Source: an uncultured Gammaproteobacteria bacterium (GTDB taxonomy: Bacteria; Patescibacteriota; Microgenomatia; UBA10105; UBA927). Taken from it: a stretch of DNA of 64,000 bases. Under the pieces are notes generated by a model that was given only the letters and a program-made list of their open reading frames with translations, did not search any database and was not told the DNA's origin. The stretch covers positions 5,408-69,407 of the forward strand of contig CAYGFH010000001.1 of assembly GCA_964349125.1 (NCBI GenBank). Reading direction: 5' to 3'. A program made the position numbers and the translations under genes. Of this stretch, positions 24,125-33,415 are shown piece after piece (positions within the stretch are counted from its first letter, which is position 1; the number at the start of each line of letters is the position of its first letter).

Positions 24125-25518
24125 TGTGTTTCCTGCTCATACGCGTGAGCGGCTTGTATCATCACATCTTCTTTCCAGTAATTGCTCATAATGCTTAGTC
24201 CCATGAACAGATTGGTGTTGGGATCACGATAACACGGTACATTAATGCCGGGGAGTCCTGAAATTGCGCAAGGCTCCAAAAGCATATCTTCAAGTTCTCC
24301 ATACATTGGATTTCCTGTTGATGCACCGATTTTTTGTGCATAGCTAGGGCTGGTTGGCGAGATGAGTATATCGTAGGACTCAAACAGATCTTTATAATTT
24401 TGTATATAGAGACTGCGGACTTTTTGTGCAGTTATATAATATCTGTCCGCATGTCCTTTTGACAAGGTAAACGTGCCGAGCATAATGCGCCGTTTGGCTT
24501 CTGCACCAAAGGCACCGCGTCCCGCATCGTAGCGCACCCCATTATACCCCGCTAAATTACTACTCACTTCACTTCGTTGGACGACTGTATAAATCGCGAT
24601 TGCATATTCAGGATTAAAGATATGTCCTTTTTTGAGCGAGTCGCTAATGCCAACCATATCGACCGTCGCACCCATTTTTTCAAACACCTTTCCCGCTTTT
24701 TCCACTGAAGTGGCCGCGTCTGTCCCTTTGAGATGAGGATGATCTGTGTAGCACATGCCGATACGCATACCTTTGACACCCTTCTTCAAGAGCGCGGTAA
24801 AATCGTTGACGGGTTCTGGAGAAGTGGTAGCATCGTATTGATCTTTTCCCGCAATGTAGTTTAAAAGAATGGCACAATCTTCAACTGTTTTGCCCATTGG
24901 ACCGGGTGAATCGGTCGATGATGCCATTGGAACAATGCCTGCTCGGCTAACTCTCCCGTATGTCGGTTTCAGTCCCACTACGCCGCACCAGGCAGCAGGT
25001 TGGCGTATTGAACCTGCAGTTTCAGTTCCCATTGCCGCAATGCACATATCAGCAGCTACGGCAGCGGCAGATCCGCCGGAAGAGCCGCCGGGAAGGCATT
25101 CCGGGTTGCGTGGATTTTTTGTAGGCCCGAAATCAGATGTTTCTGTGCTACTGCCATGAGCCCACGCGTCCATATTTGTCTTACCGTATACCACTCCACC
25201 CGCTTGGGTTAATTTGGTAAGTACTGTAGCATCAAAAGATGGAGTAAATGAGCGAAGCACATTAGATGATGCCGTCGTTGTGATTCCGGACGATAAAATA
25301 TTATCTTTTATCGCGAGCGGTACGCCGGCAAGAGGTGTCGAGAGCAACCGCTGTGCTTTTGTCACTGCTGATGGATCTTTTGCCAGGTAAATATTGAGCG
25401 ATAGGTTTTTTTCTGCAACTGCAGCATCCACGTCACCGTACAACTCTGCATGTGAGATTTCTTTCTGTTTCAGCTTTGTGATCGCTGTTTTTAACGTAAG
25501 TGTGTTTAACCCGTTCAT
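24103..25518 (-). CDS. gatA: Asp-tRNA(Asn)/Glu-tRNA(Gln) amidotransferase subunit A (amidase)
   Basis: 471 aa with amidase signature [13 protein letters not shown]. Confidence 0.9.
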   Translation of the reverse strand: MNGLNTLTLKTAITKLKQKEISHAELYGDVDAAVAEKNLSLNIYLAKDPSAVTKAQRLLSTPLAGVPLAIKDNILSSGITTTASSNVLRSFTPSFDATVLTKLTQAGGVVYGKTNMDAWAHGSSTETSDFGPTKNPRNPECLPGGSSGGSAAAVAADMCIAAMGTETAGSIRQPAAWCGVVGLKPTYGRVSRAGIVPMASSTDSPGPMGKTVEDCAILLNYIAGKDQYDATTSPEPVNDFTALLKKGVKGMRIGMCYTDHPHLKGTDAATSVEKAGKVFEKMGATVDMVGISDSLKKGHIFNPEYAIAIYTVVQRSEVSSNLAGYNGVRYDAGRGAFGAEAKRRIMLGTFTLSKGHADRYYITAQKVRSLYIQNYKDLFESYDILISPTSPSYAQKIGASTGNPMYGELEDMLLEPCAISGLPGINVPCYRDPNTNLFMGLSIMSNYWKEDVMIQAAHAYEQETQWNQWTQ

Positions 25519-25544
25519 ATAATATACTCCTAACGATTTACGAT

Positions 25545-25856
25545 TTACGACTCTCCCTGATCTATAACTTGATCCACCATGAAAAATCCATCATGTTTCT
25601 TGGGTGCATTTGCGAGTGCCTGCTCCTGTGTAAACATTCTTTTTTCATCTATAACGTCATCACGAAATACATTTACAAGGCCGGTTACCTGATGGGTAGG
25701 CTCAACAACGGAGACATCTACGGTGCTGAGTGTTTCAAGAACCTTCATAACCGTGTTAAATCCTTTGCCAAGCTCAGCAACTTCACTGTCAGAAACAGGG
25801 ATTTGTGCAAGCGTCGCGATATGTTGGACGTCGGAAGCGGTAAAAGCCTTCGCCAT
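25545..25856 (-). CDS. gatC: Asp-tRNA(Asn)/Glu-tRNA(Gln) amidotransferase subunit C
   Basis: About 103 aa starting MAKAFTASDVQHIATLAQIPVSD (internal Met of the 156-aa track ORF); gatCAB order. Confidence 0.8.
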   Translation of the reverse strand: MAKAFTASDVQHIATLAQIPVSDSEVAELGKGFNTVMKVLETLSTVDVSVVEPTHQVTGLVNVFRDDVIDEKRMFTQEQALANAPKKHDGFFMVDQVIDQGES

Positions 25857-25937
25857 AGTGATTTCGATTATAACCAAAATTGCTCTCATATGCGAGTGAC
25901 TCTTGCCAAAAAAGTGATTTTTCGATACCCTACCTTC

Positions 25938-26231
25938 ATGACGCAATACCAGAAGTTTTTCGCTATGATGATGGAAGAAAATAAAGAACTGTTCGATAAC
26001 TTTCAGGGTATCCATGATGCCTATGTGTTAAATCCCGAACTTAATCAGGCAAAGTTTAATTCAATAGGCAGCGAGGTGCTGGACGTCATCCGTGAATATG
26101 AGCGGAAGCTCTGCGGCAATATGAATGCAGGGAAGTACGGCGCATTTTCTTCTAACTTATCCCAAAAATTCTGGGATCACATACGGAAAGTCTACAGAAA
26201 AATCGACTTCATCGGCGCAAAGGTTGGCTAA
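25938..26231 (+). CDS. hypothetical small protein of 97 aa, the only plus-strand gene inside the minus-strand supercluster
   Basis: Clean ORF MTQYQKFFAMMMEENKELF... filling a gap of about 370 bp between the gatC start and the methyltransferase stop; no recognisable motif; no clear SD. Confidence 0.35.
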   Translation: MTQYQKFFAMMMEENKELFDNFQGIHDAYVLNPELNQAKFNSIGSEVLDVIREYERKLCGNMNAGKYGAFSSNLSQKFWDHIRKVYRKIDFIGAKVG

Positions 26232-26860
26232 GATTTCCTCGCATGAACATACAGTAATCCGTCAGACATGGAGTACGGATCATCACATGGCACTTCTTCA
26301 ACAGTAATATCAGTAAAGCCGGCTATTTCCAAATAATTTCGTATCCGAAGCGACGTGAAAAAATTGAAAAATACTTTCTTCCCTGGCGCAAATGGTTCAT
26401 CTACGATGTGATCTGACTCTCCCCGCTGGGCCAACACACAGAGCTCTCCATGTTGCCTGAGTACTCTGTTAAATCCTTTCAGAGTTGAGACTACCGCTTT
26501 TTCAGGGATATGAATAAGTGAATATGGAGCGATAATGCCATCGAACTGACCATCATAGAACGAGAGATTGCGCATATCCATGCTGCGAAAGTCTCCACCA
26601 GGAACTTTTTTTCTGGCTAACGCCAGCATCGACTCTGATAAATCCACTCCTATTACAGTAAATCCTTTGGTCATGAGGTATTTGGAAAACTGCCCGGCAC
26701 CACAACCCACTTCCAGAATAGTACCCTCGGGAGCAACTGACGATATAAATCGGTCAATATGAGCAAAATCACTCGTATCATCAAAATATTTTTCGGTATA
26801 TGCAGCTGCGATTGTATTGTATGTATCAATGGTGCCGGCAATAGGATCAGTACTGTTCAT
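26228..26860 (-). CDS. class I SAM-dependent methyltransferase (Methyltransf_11-like)
   Basis: Motif ILEVGCGAGQFS (motif I); start placed at internal MNSTDPIAG to avoid overlap with gatD. Confidence 0.7.
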   Translation of the reverse strand: MNSTDPIAGTIDTYNTIAAAYTEKYFDDTSDFAHIDRFISSVAPEGTILEVGCGAGQFSKYLMTKGFTVIGVDLSESMLALARKKVPGGDFRSMDMRNLSFYDGQFDGIIAPYSLIHIPEKAVVSTLKGFNRVLRQHGELCVLAQRGESDHIVDEPFAPGKKVFFNFFTSLRIRNYLEIAGFTDITVEEVPCDDPYSMSDGLLYVHARKS

Positions 26861-26864
26861 AGAA

Positions 26865-27617
26865 TTAAATTCTCTCCTCCATGGCGATCCTTGCATTTAT
26901 AGCAAAATCATCGCTGAGTTTTGATAACCGTGGAGTTACGCCGTATTTCACTTTTATTGCCCGTGCTATCAGCCAATCAGCAATCTCGGGATTTTTTGGC
27001 AGTAACGGACCGTGAAAGTACGACCCTATGGAATTTTTGTATACCGCACCCTCATACCCGTCTTCGCTGTTATTCCCGTTTCCTGTTATCACTTTGGCAA
27101 GGGGTTTCATTTTTTCTCCCAACACGGTGCGTCCGCCATGGTTTTCAAATCCCACGATTCGCAGACCATTCAGACTTTGTATGTTTACAATCTCCGCAAT
27201 GACATTACCTATGCACCGCTTTGCCTGGTCGCCTGGATGTATTGTGGCGAGGTCAAAAATACCTGCGCCTGGAATATCCTCTCCTTGATATGGTCGGTAG
27301 TAATTTCCTACGAACTGATACCCCGCACAGACAAACAACGCCGGGATATTTTTTTCCACCATGGTTTTTATAACCGGCCCTTTATTTCCTAAAAAGTCCT
27401 GCCCCGCCAGCTTTTGCTGCCGGTCCTGAGCTCCTCCCATAAACACAAGATCACATTCTTTCAGTTTCGTGAGAGGCGTTTCCAGGGTAATATGAGTGAT
27501 TGTGGCATCAATGCCTCGCCACATAGCCCGCCTCTCAAGCACAATCACATTCCCTCTATCCCCATAGGTACTCATCAGATCAGGGTAAAGCCAGGCAATA
27601 TTAAGTTTATGTTTCAT
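26865..27617 (-). CDS. gatD: lipid II isoglutaminyl synthase glutaminase subunit (CobQ-type GATase)
   Basis: Strong similarity to S. aureus GatD (LNIAWLYPDLMSTYGDRGN..., GFENHGGRT, YFHGPLLPKNPEIADWL); downstream of murT. Confidence 0.8.
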   Translation of the reverse strand: MKHKLNIAWLYPDLMSTYGDRGNVIVLERRAMWRGIDATITHITLETPLTKLKECDLVFMGGAQDRQQKLAGQDFLGNKGPVIKTMVEKNIPALFVCAGYQFVGNYYRPYQGEDIPGAGIFDLATIHPGDQAKRCIGNVIAEIVNIQSLNGLRIVGFENHGGRTVLGEKMKPLAKVITGNGNNSEDGYEGAVYKNSIGSYFHGPLLPKNPEIADWLIARAIKVKYGVTPRLSKLSDDFAINARIAMEERI

Positions 27618-27733
27618 ATATTCAATTTTGTCATTGCGAGGAGTCCCAACGTCACATCGGGACGACATGGCAATCTATTTATGTTAAACAGATTGCTTCG
27701 CCGTGTGAACGGACTCGCAATGACATTACAGCG

Positions 27734-29044
27734 TTACAATATCTTCCTCCCCGTCAAAATCTTCCGTATATCAAGCATTGCCGAATACGTGGCAAGGACA
27801 TACAGTGTCTCACCCGGTTTTATATGCAGCAATCCCACAGCCAGCGCATTTTTCATATCTGATTCCACTAGAAGCATCGGAGTACACGATTTGGTATCAC
27901 GATTCTTCTGGGTATGTTTCGCATACTCTATACGAACCGCCATATCATACACACGATCACCGCTCACCACCACTCTGGTTTTTACTGGAATCATTTCAAA
28001 ATCCACATCCCATATCCAGCTTATATCCCTCCCGTCAGGGATCCGGTCATTGAGCGCTACGAGTATTGTTCTGGGTTTCATATCTAGAACCGCACGCAGC
28101 GATGCCGTAAATCCTGCCGGATTTTTGGATAAGAATAGTTTGATCTTTTTCTCCCCAACGGTAAACTCCTCCTGTCTGCCAAATGCGGGTTGAAATCCGA
28201 CGAGAGATGATTCTATGTCGCTGTCTGCGATAAACAGCTCGCGCGCTACTAATACGGCAGCCAGTGTATTGTATGTGTTATAGAGTCCAGGAAGTGGCGA
28301 ATTCCATTCGGATACTGCCACCTGCGGCCGAGCATCTCCACACACGGTGCAGTACCAGTCTCCGAGGTGGGAAAAATAGTAGCTGTTATATGCTAATCGC
28401 CCTCCACAATATTGGCAAAATATGGAATCAGTTGCGTGATCCACCACTCTATCCTGCCGGAATTTCTCAGACAAGCCAAAGTATACAACCCGTGTATCCA
28501 GTTTTTTCCCAAACGATGCCACCAGCGGATCATCGGCATTAAGGATCACTGTCGATGTCTCAGAAAGTGGTCGCAGCGCCTTGTTCCATTTTTCCGCTAT
28601 CACATCCACTTCACCGTACCGGTCCAACTGGTCACGGAATAGGTTTAGGACCACCACAATCTTCGGAGTTACGTAGGAAAGCACCTGGGGCAGTGCATTT
28701 TCATCCACCTCAAATATACCGTACTCATAGGTTTTCCCGTGGTGGAGGACACTTGCTGATACCACCCCGTTTAGGAGGTTTGCCCCGCTGGTGTTGTGTA
28801 CCAGTGTATGTCCCTGTTTGGAAAGAATGGTGGCTATCATGGACGATGTTGTTGTTTTCCCGTTTGTGCCCACGACCAGGATAATCCCTTTGGAAAACAG
28901 AGAAGACAAAGAGCGAAGAATCGAAGGGGAGATACGCAATGCCACTTCCCCCGGCCACGTGGCACCCGCGCCCATTCTCAGGGTTGTACTGACTCGGGAT
29001 ATTGTTTTTCCGGCTGCTATAGCAATCAGATCACGCAGGCTCAT
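27734..29044 (-). CDS. murT: lipid II isoglutaminyl synthase, Mur-ligase-like subunit
   Basis: 436 aa with Mur ligase P-loop GTNGKTTT and MurT-specific Cys4 ribbon CQYCGGRLAY...CTVCG; DUF1727-like C-terminus. Confidence 0.85.
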   Translation of the reverse strand: MSLRDLIAIAAGKTISRVSTTLRMGAGATWPGEVALRISPSILRSLSSLFSKGIILVVGTNGKTTTSSMIATILSKQGHTLVHNTSGANLLNGVVSASVLHHGKTYEYGIFEVDENALPQVLSYVTPKIVVVLNLFRDQLDRYGEVDVIAEKWNKALRPLSETSTVILNADDPLVASFGKKLDTRVVYFGLSEKFRQDRVVDHATDSIFCQYCGGRLAYNSYYFSHLGDWYCTVCGDARPQVAVSEWNSPLPGLYNTYNTLAAVLVARELFIADSDIESSLVGFQPAFGRQEEFTVGEKKIKLFLSKNPAGFTASLRAVLDMKPRTILVALNDRIPDGRDISWIWDVDFEMIPVKTRVVVSGDRVYDMAVRIEYAKHTQKNRDTKSCTPMLLVESDMKNALAVGLLHIKPGETLYVLATYSAMLDIRKILTGRKIL

Positions 29045-29113
29045 ACCCTATTATCGCACACTGTTGTTAGAGTCGCGATACAAAAATAAAAACAAGGTGT
29101 ATACTGGGCACAT

Positions 29114-29506
29114 ATGCTCATGGTTCCCACGTATATCAAACAAAGCAGTATCCAGGGTATGGGACTGTTTGCCGCTTCTCCGATCAAAAAGGGTGAGATT
29201 ATCTGGAAATACGTGCCATCACTTGATTTTGGCCTGACACAAGAACAGGTAGATGCGTTGCCCGAGTACGCCAAAAAGACGTTTTTAAATTACTGTTATG
29301 TGGATGCAGAGATAGGACTTCATATCCTCTGCTTTGATGATGCACGGTTTATGAATCACAGCGATCAGCCAAACACTACCCAATTGCCAAACGATGTGGA
29401 TTCCCAAGGGTATACAGTGGCCACGCGTGATATAGACAAGGATGAAGAACTCACATGCGACTACACCATGACAGACGACGCGATAGATGAAAAACTGGGC
29501 AGGTAA
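29114..29506 (+). CDS. minimal SET-domain protein (putative protein-lysine methyltransferase), 130 aa
   Basis: Motifs GMGLFAASPIKKGEII, ARFMNHSDQPN and IDKDEELTCDY correspond to the SET motifs GxG, NHS and ELxxDY. Confidence 0.7.
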   Translation: MLMVPTYIKQSSIQGMGLFAASPIKKGEIIWKYVPSLDFGLTQEQVDALPEYAKKTFLNYCYVDAEIGLHILCFDDARFMNHSDQPNTTQLPNDVDSQGYTVATRDIDKDEELTCDYTMTDDAIDEKLGR

Positions 29507-29515
29507 GACCTGCCG

Positions 29516-31654
29516 TTAATTAGGGAGCGTGAACGCCACCTTTTTGTCTATATAATCCGCTTTTATCGTCACTCCCGGCAGTATCTTTTTTTCCAGTAGC
29601 TGTAAAGAGAGTTCATCCACTATCACATCCTGTATCGCACGCTTGAGCGGGCGCACGCCGTAGGTGGGATCATACCCGATATCACCGATATACGACTTGA
29701 GTGCGTCCGAATAGGAAATTGTTATGTGCTGCTCAGCAAGCCGTTTGCTGACGAGTGACAACTGCATATCCACGATCCGTTCAATGAGATCTTTGGAAAG
29801 GGCGTGAAAGATCACCATTTGGTCAAGGCGGTTTAGAAATTCGGGACGGAAACTTTTTATCAGTATTTCCATCACGCTCTTTTCCATCTTCTCCTGTTGT
29901 TTCCCGCCATAGCTTTGGATCACATCACTGCCCAGATTTGAGGTCATGATGATTATGGTATTTCTGAAATTCACCATGCGACCCCTGCCATCTGTAAGCC
30001 GTCCTTCATCAAGCACCTGCAAAAAGACATTAAATATAGAGGGGTGCGCTTTTTCGATTTCATCAAACAGCACGACGCTGTACGGATGCCGACGGACTGC
30101 TTCCGTCAGTTGCCCACCTTCTTCATATCCTACATATCCAGGAGGCGCTCCCACCAACCGGGCGACGCTGTGGGATTCCTGATATTCACTCATATCAATT
30201 CGTATGATCGCTTTTTCATCGTTAAACAATTGGTCAGCGAGCGCCTTGGCTGTCTCCGTTTTGCCGACACCCGTGGGTCCCAAAAACAGAAATGTCCCGA
30301 TAGGCTTACCCGCTTCAGAGAGTCCCGCACGGTTCCTGCGGATTGCTTTGGACATGGCACTGAGTGCTTCGTCCTGTCCGACTACACGCTCTTTTAGCGC
30401 CATCTCCAGATGCGCCAGTTTATTGGATTCCGAAGAGAGCAATTTCGTAACCGGTATCCCAGTGGATCTAGCAACTATGCGGGCTATGTCGTCTGACGTC
30501 ACCTCCTCCCGCAGGAGCTTTTCCTCCTCGGGAATTTGTTTCCATTTTTCTTCGAGTTGTTTGATCGTTTTTTCCGCTTCGGGGATTTTTCCGTATTTTA
30601 TCTCTGCGGCTTTCTCAAGCAGTGCGTCCCGTTCTGATTTCTCCAGTTGCACACGCAGCTGATCCAACGAGACACGTTGCGTCTGGAGTTTTCCGATTAT
30701 CTCCTTTTGCGTTTCCCACCTGGCATTGAGCTCTTTATTTTTTTCTTTGAGTGTCGAAAGCTCGCTCTCCACTTCCTTCATCCGCTGGGTATTTTTTTCG
30801 CGCTTGAGTGCAGCTTTTTCTATTTCCAGCTGTGTCACTTTTCTATTTACCTCATCCAGTTCGATCGGCATACTCTCCGTATTAATCTTCAGCGCCGAGG
30901 CTGCTTCATCCACCAGATCGATTGCCTTGTCAGGCAAAAACCTGTCGGCTATGTAGCGGGTGGAGAGCGTCACCGCAGTGACCAGTGCATCATCGGTAAT
31001 ACGGATACCATGGTGGATCTCGTACTTCTCCTTAATGCCCCGCAGTATTGCCAGCGCATCTTCGTTTGTGGGTTCCTGCAGGTATACGGGCTGGAACCGG
31101 CGCTCCAGCGCGGCATCCTTCTCTATATACTGTCTGTACTCCCGTACCGTTGTTGCCCCAATTGCATGTAGCTCTCCACGGGCTAGCGCGGGCTTGAGGA
31201 TATTTGCGGCGTCCATACTGCCTCCCACGGCTCCCGCTCCCACGAGCGTATGGAGCTCATCCATAAACAGTATGTACTTCCCTCCGGCCTCATTTACGGC
31301 CTTGAGAAGCTTTTTCAGCCTATCTTCAAACTCGCCCCGGAATGCGCTGCCCGCTACAAGTGAGGCAACGTCCAGGGAGAGCAGTTCTTTGTCCCTCAAG
31401 GTAGAGGGAACATCCCCTATCACGATGCGGATAGCCAGTCCTTCAACTATTGCTGTTTTGCCTACACCCGGGTCCCCAAGGAGGACGGGATTGTTTTTGC
31501 TTCGCCGGGCTAATATTTGCATGACACGACGGATTTCGTCGTTACGGCCTATGACAGGATCAAGCTTTCCACTGCGTGCTTTTTCCGTCAGATTTACACA
31601 ATATTTTTCGAGTGGATTACCCTGATCTTCCGGTGGTTGGTATTGTATATCCAT
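29516..31654 (-). CDS. clpB: ClpB-type AAA+ disaggregase lacking the N-terminal domain
   Basis: 712 aa with two AAA+ modules ([16 protein letters not shown]) and M-domain coiled coil; it starts at the region that follows the N-domain in full-length ClpB. Confidence 0.9.
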   Translation of the reverse strand: MDIQYQPPEDQGNPLEKYCVNLTEKARSGKLDPVIGRNDEIRRVMQILARRSKNNPVLLGDPGVGKTAIVEGLAIRIVIGDVPSTLRDKELLSLDVASLVAGSAFRGEFEDRLKKLLKAVNEAGGKYILFMDELHTLVGAGAVGGSMDAANILKPALARGELHAIGATTVREYRQYIEKDAALERRFQPVYLQEPTNEDALAILRGIKEKYEIHHGIRITDDALVTAVTLSTRYIADRFLPDKAIDLVDEAASALKINTESMPIELDEVNRKVTQLEIEKAALKREKNTQRMKEVESELSTLKEKNKELNARWETQKEIIGKLQTQRVSLDQLRVQLEKSERDALLEKAAEIKYGKIPEAEKTIKQLEEKWKQIPEEEKLLREEVTSDDIARIVARSTGIPVTKLLSSESNKLAHLEMALKERVVGQDEALSAMSKAIRRNRAGLSEAGKPIGTFLFLGPTGVGKTETAKALADQLFNDEKAIIRIDMSEYQESHSVARLVGAPPGYVGYEEGGQLTEAVRRHPYSVVLFDEIEKAHPSIFNVFLQVLDEGRLTDGRGRMVNFRNTIIIMTSNLGSDVIQSYGGKQQEKMEKSVMEILIKSFRPEFLNRLDQMVIFHALSKDLIERIVDMQLSLVSKRLAEQHITISYSDALKSYIGDIGYDPTYGVRPLKRAIQDVIVDELSLQLLEKKILPGVTIKADYIDKKVAFTLPN

Positions 31655-31668
31655 ATATAAAAGTTGTC

Positions 31669-31688
31669 ATTCCCGCGCAGGCGGGAAT
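31669..31688 (-). promoter_or_regulatory. perfect 8-bp stem / 4-nt loop hairpin (attcccgc gcag gcgggaat) in the clpB 5' leader
   Basis: Direct reading; lies between the predicted promoter and the clpB ATG. Confidence 0.5.
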
Positions 31689-31711
31689 CCAATTATTTTT
31701 TACTATGAATA

Positions 31712-31749
31712 TAATATAGTCTCTGGCACTCTATTGTCAAGAGTGCTAA
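31712..31749 (-). promoter_or_regulatory. CIRCE-like HrcA operator overlapping a sigma-70-type promoter upstream of clpB
   Basis: Minus strand reads TTAGCACTC-ttgacaata-GAGTGCCAG. Left half is 9/9 and right half 7/9 to the CIRCE consensus. TTGACA sits in the spacer, followed 16-17 nt later by TATATT. Confidence 0.5.
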
Positions 31750-31763
31750 TTTCTGTGAACCTG

Positions 31764-32243
31764 TCATTTCAACTCTAACTCAAGACCTACGTCGATTTGC
31801 TTAAATTCAGCTTTATTATAGAGCGCTAGAGCCACAGAATTTTTAGCGTAGGATGAGACATATAGGATAGTAAAATTACTACGTTTCGCCCAACGCTTGG
31901 TTTCTAAAAGAAGCGCCGATCCGATTCCTTTGGATCTGTATGAAGGAATTACTGCCAAATTATCAATCTCTGCTATACGCGCATCCCGATAATCCACAAC
32001 TTTCGGCACTACGGATACGAACCCAACTGGAACTCCGTCTGAAATCGCCACAAATACCGCTCGGCTACTATCCTGGATTGCACGGGAAAAATAGTGAATA
32101 GCTTTTTCTCCATAAATCCAATTTGGATCGATGTGAGGGTCAAATGTTCTATTTTCCACAAACGAGAGTAAATCAATCTCTCTCAGAGCGTCTACATCAC
32201 GAATTTCTGCTGTACGAATCTGCAATTCCATAGTGTTAAACAT
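31764..32243 (-). CDS. GNAT family N-acetyltransferase
   Basis: 159 aa with acetyl-CoA binding motif RSKGIGSALL. Confidence 0.7.
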   Translation of the reverse strand: MFNTMELQIRTAEIRDVDALREIDLLSFVENRTFDPHIDPNWIYGEKAIHYFSRAIQDSSRAVFVAISDGVPVGFVSVVPKVVDYRDARIAEIDNLAVIPSYRSKGIGSALLLETKRWAKRSNFTILYVSSYAKNSVALALYNKAEFKQIDVGLELELK

Positions 32244-32700
32244 CCATTTCTAATGACAAATCGATGGGTTGTAATCCACATTTTTTGTAGAACTTAATTC
32301 CGCGCTCATTTGCGAAGTAGACGTTTACGTATACCTTTCCATACCCATGTTCTCTTGCCCACGCACTAAACGCACTAACCAACTGTTCGCCTATCCCCTG
32401 AGATTGATGAGAAGGTCGTACAGTCATGCTGTAAATCTCAGCCATTTTTGTTTTTCTATAATTTATATCTTTATGTCCCCCGGCTAGGTATCCAACAACG
32501 TCGCCATCAATTTCAGCCAAATACAGTAATGATGAGGACTCTTCTATAACCTCGGTAAAGTACTTGAGTCCTCGATCATCTAGCGGCCAATTCAAATCAA
32601 GGAGCGTATCGTAGGCGAAATTATCCTTGTGTAAGTCTGCATGGAGAGACCGAAGCACGGGGATATCATCTAACACTGCTGTCCGTATAGTTATATTCAT
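32236..32700 (-). CDS. GNAT family N-acetyltransferase (second, tandem)
   Basis: Motif HQSQGIGEQLV; start placed at internal MNITIRTAVLDD to remove the overlap with the upstream GT2. Confidence 0.65.
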   Translation of the reverse strand: MNITIRTAVLDDIPVLRSLHADLHKDNFAYDTLLDLNWPLDDRGLKYFTEVIEESSSLLYLAEIDGDVVGYLAGGHKDINYRKTKMAEIYSMTVRPSHQSQGIGEQLVSAFSAWAREHGYGKVYVNVYFANERGIKFYKKCGLQPIDLSLEMDV

Positions 32701-32704
32701 ATAT

Positions 32705-33412
32705 CTAAGTATATGTCCCAAATTCGTACGGCACAATTTTTTCGGAAAATTTGCCATACCTCATATAGTAATAGGCAGTGTAGTGCCATTTATACACAGT
32801 AGTCCAGAAGCCTTCTTTGTGGAACCGCCGCAAGGAAAAAAACATGCCGGGTATATGTAACAATCCATACTTCCCGCCAGCGTCCAGTATGCTTTTGGCG
32901 AACAAATGATCTTCGCCGACGTACTGTTGCTCATCAAATCCGCCGACTTTCTCAAACCAGTTTTTTCGTACGAGTATTGCAGCCCCAAGCGCCACAGGAT
33001 GAAAAAATCGCAGGAGATATGTGAGGATCGTACCATAAAAAAATAACAGTCTATATCGAATGCTCCTCGAATCAAAACGAAAATAAAAACTGGCAACATC
33101 TAATTTTTTCTCGATAAATGCCTGAGTAGATTTGCGTATCATTGAATCGGTGAACCTGGTATCTGCATCCAGAAAGAATAGAATGTCAGCATTTGCTTTA
33201 CGGGCACCGGCGTTGCGTTGTTTTGCCGGCCCTCTGTTTTTCGTGATAACGACATCACACCCAAAGGTCTTTGCTATTGCTACAGTATTGTCTGTAGATT
33301 CTCCATCGGAAACAATGATCTGCGTCCCTTTGGGAACCTGCTCCCGTAGAAGTTTCAATAGATCCGGCAAATACTTTTCCTCGTTGAGTGTGGGTATTAC
33401 AACTGAGAGCAT
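32705..33412 (-). CDS. family 2 glycosyltransferase
   Basis: Begins LSVVIPTLNEE...DGESTDNT...FLDADT (GT-A fold, DXD). Confidence 0.75.
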   Translation of the reverse strand: MLSVVIPTLNEEKYLPDLLKLLREQVPKGTQIIVSDGESTDNTVAIAKTFGCDVVITKNRGPAKQRNAGARKANADILFFLDADTRFTDSMIRKSTQAFIEKKLDVASFYFRFDSRSIRYRLLFFYGTILTYLLRFFHPVALGAAILVRKNWFEKVGGFDEQQYVGEDHLFAKSILDAGGKYGLLHIPGMFFSLRRFHKEGFWTTVYKWHYTAYYYMRYGKFSEKIVPYEFGTYT

Positions 33413-33415
33413 ACA

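Noticed and set aside
25857-26015. 53-aa N-terminal extension of gatC
   Set aside because: GatC is about 95-100 aa. The conserved part starts at MAKAFTASDV. The extension has poor composition (FFIFFHHH) and overlaps the promoter region of the plus-strand ORF.
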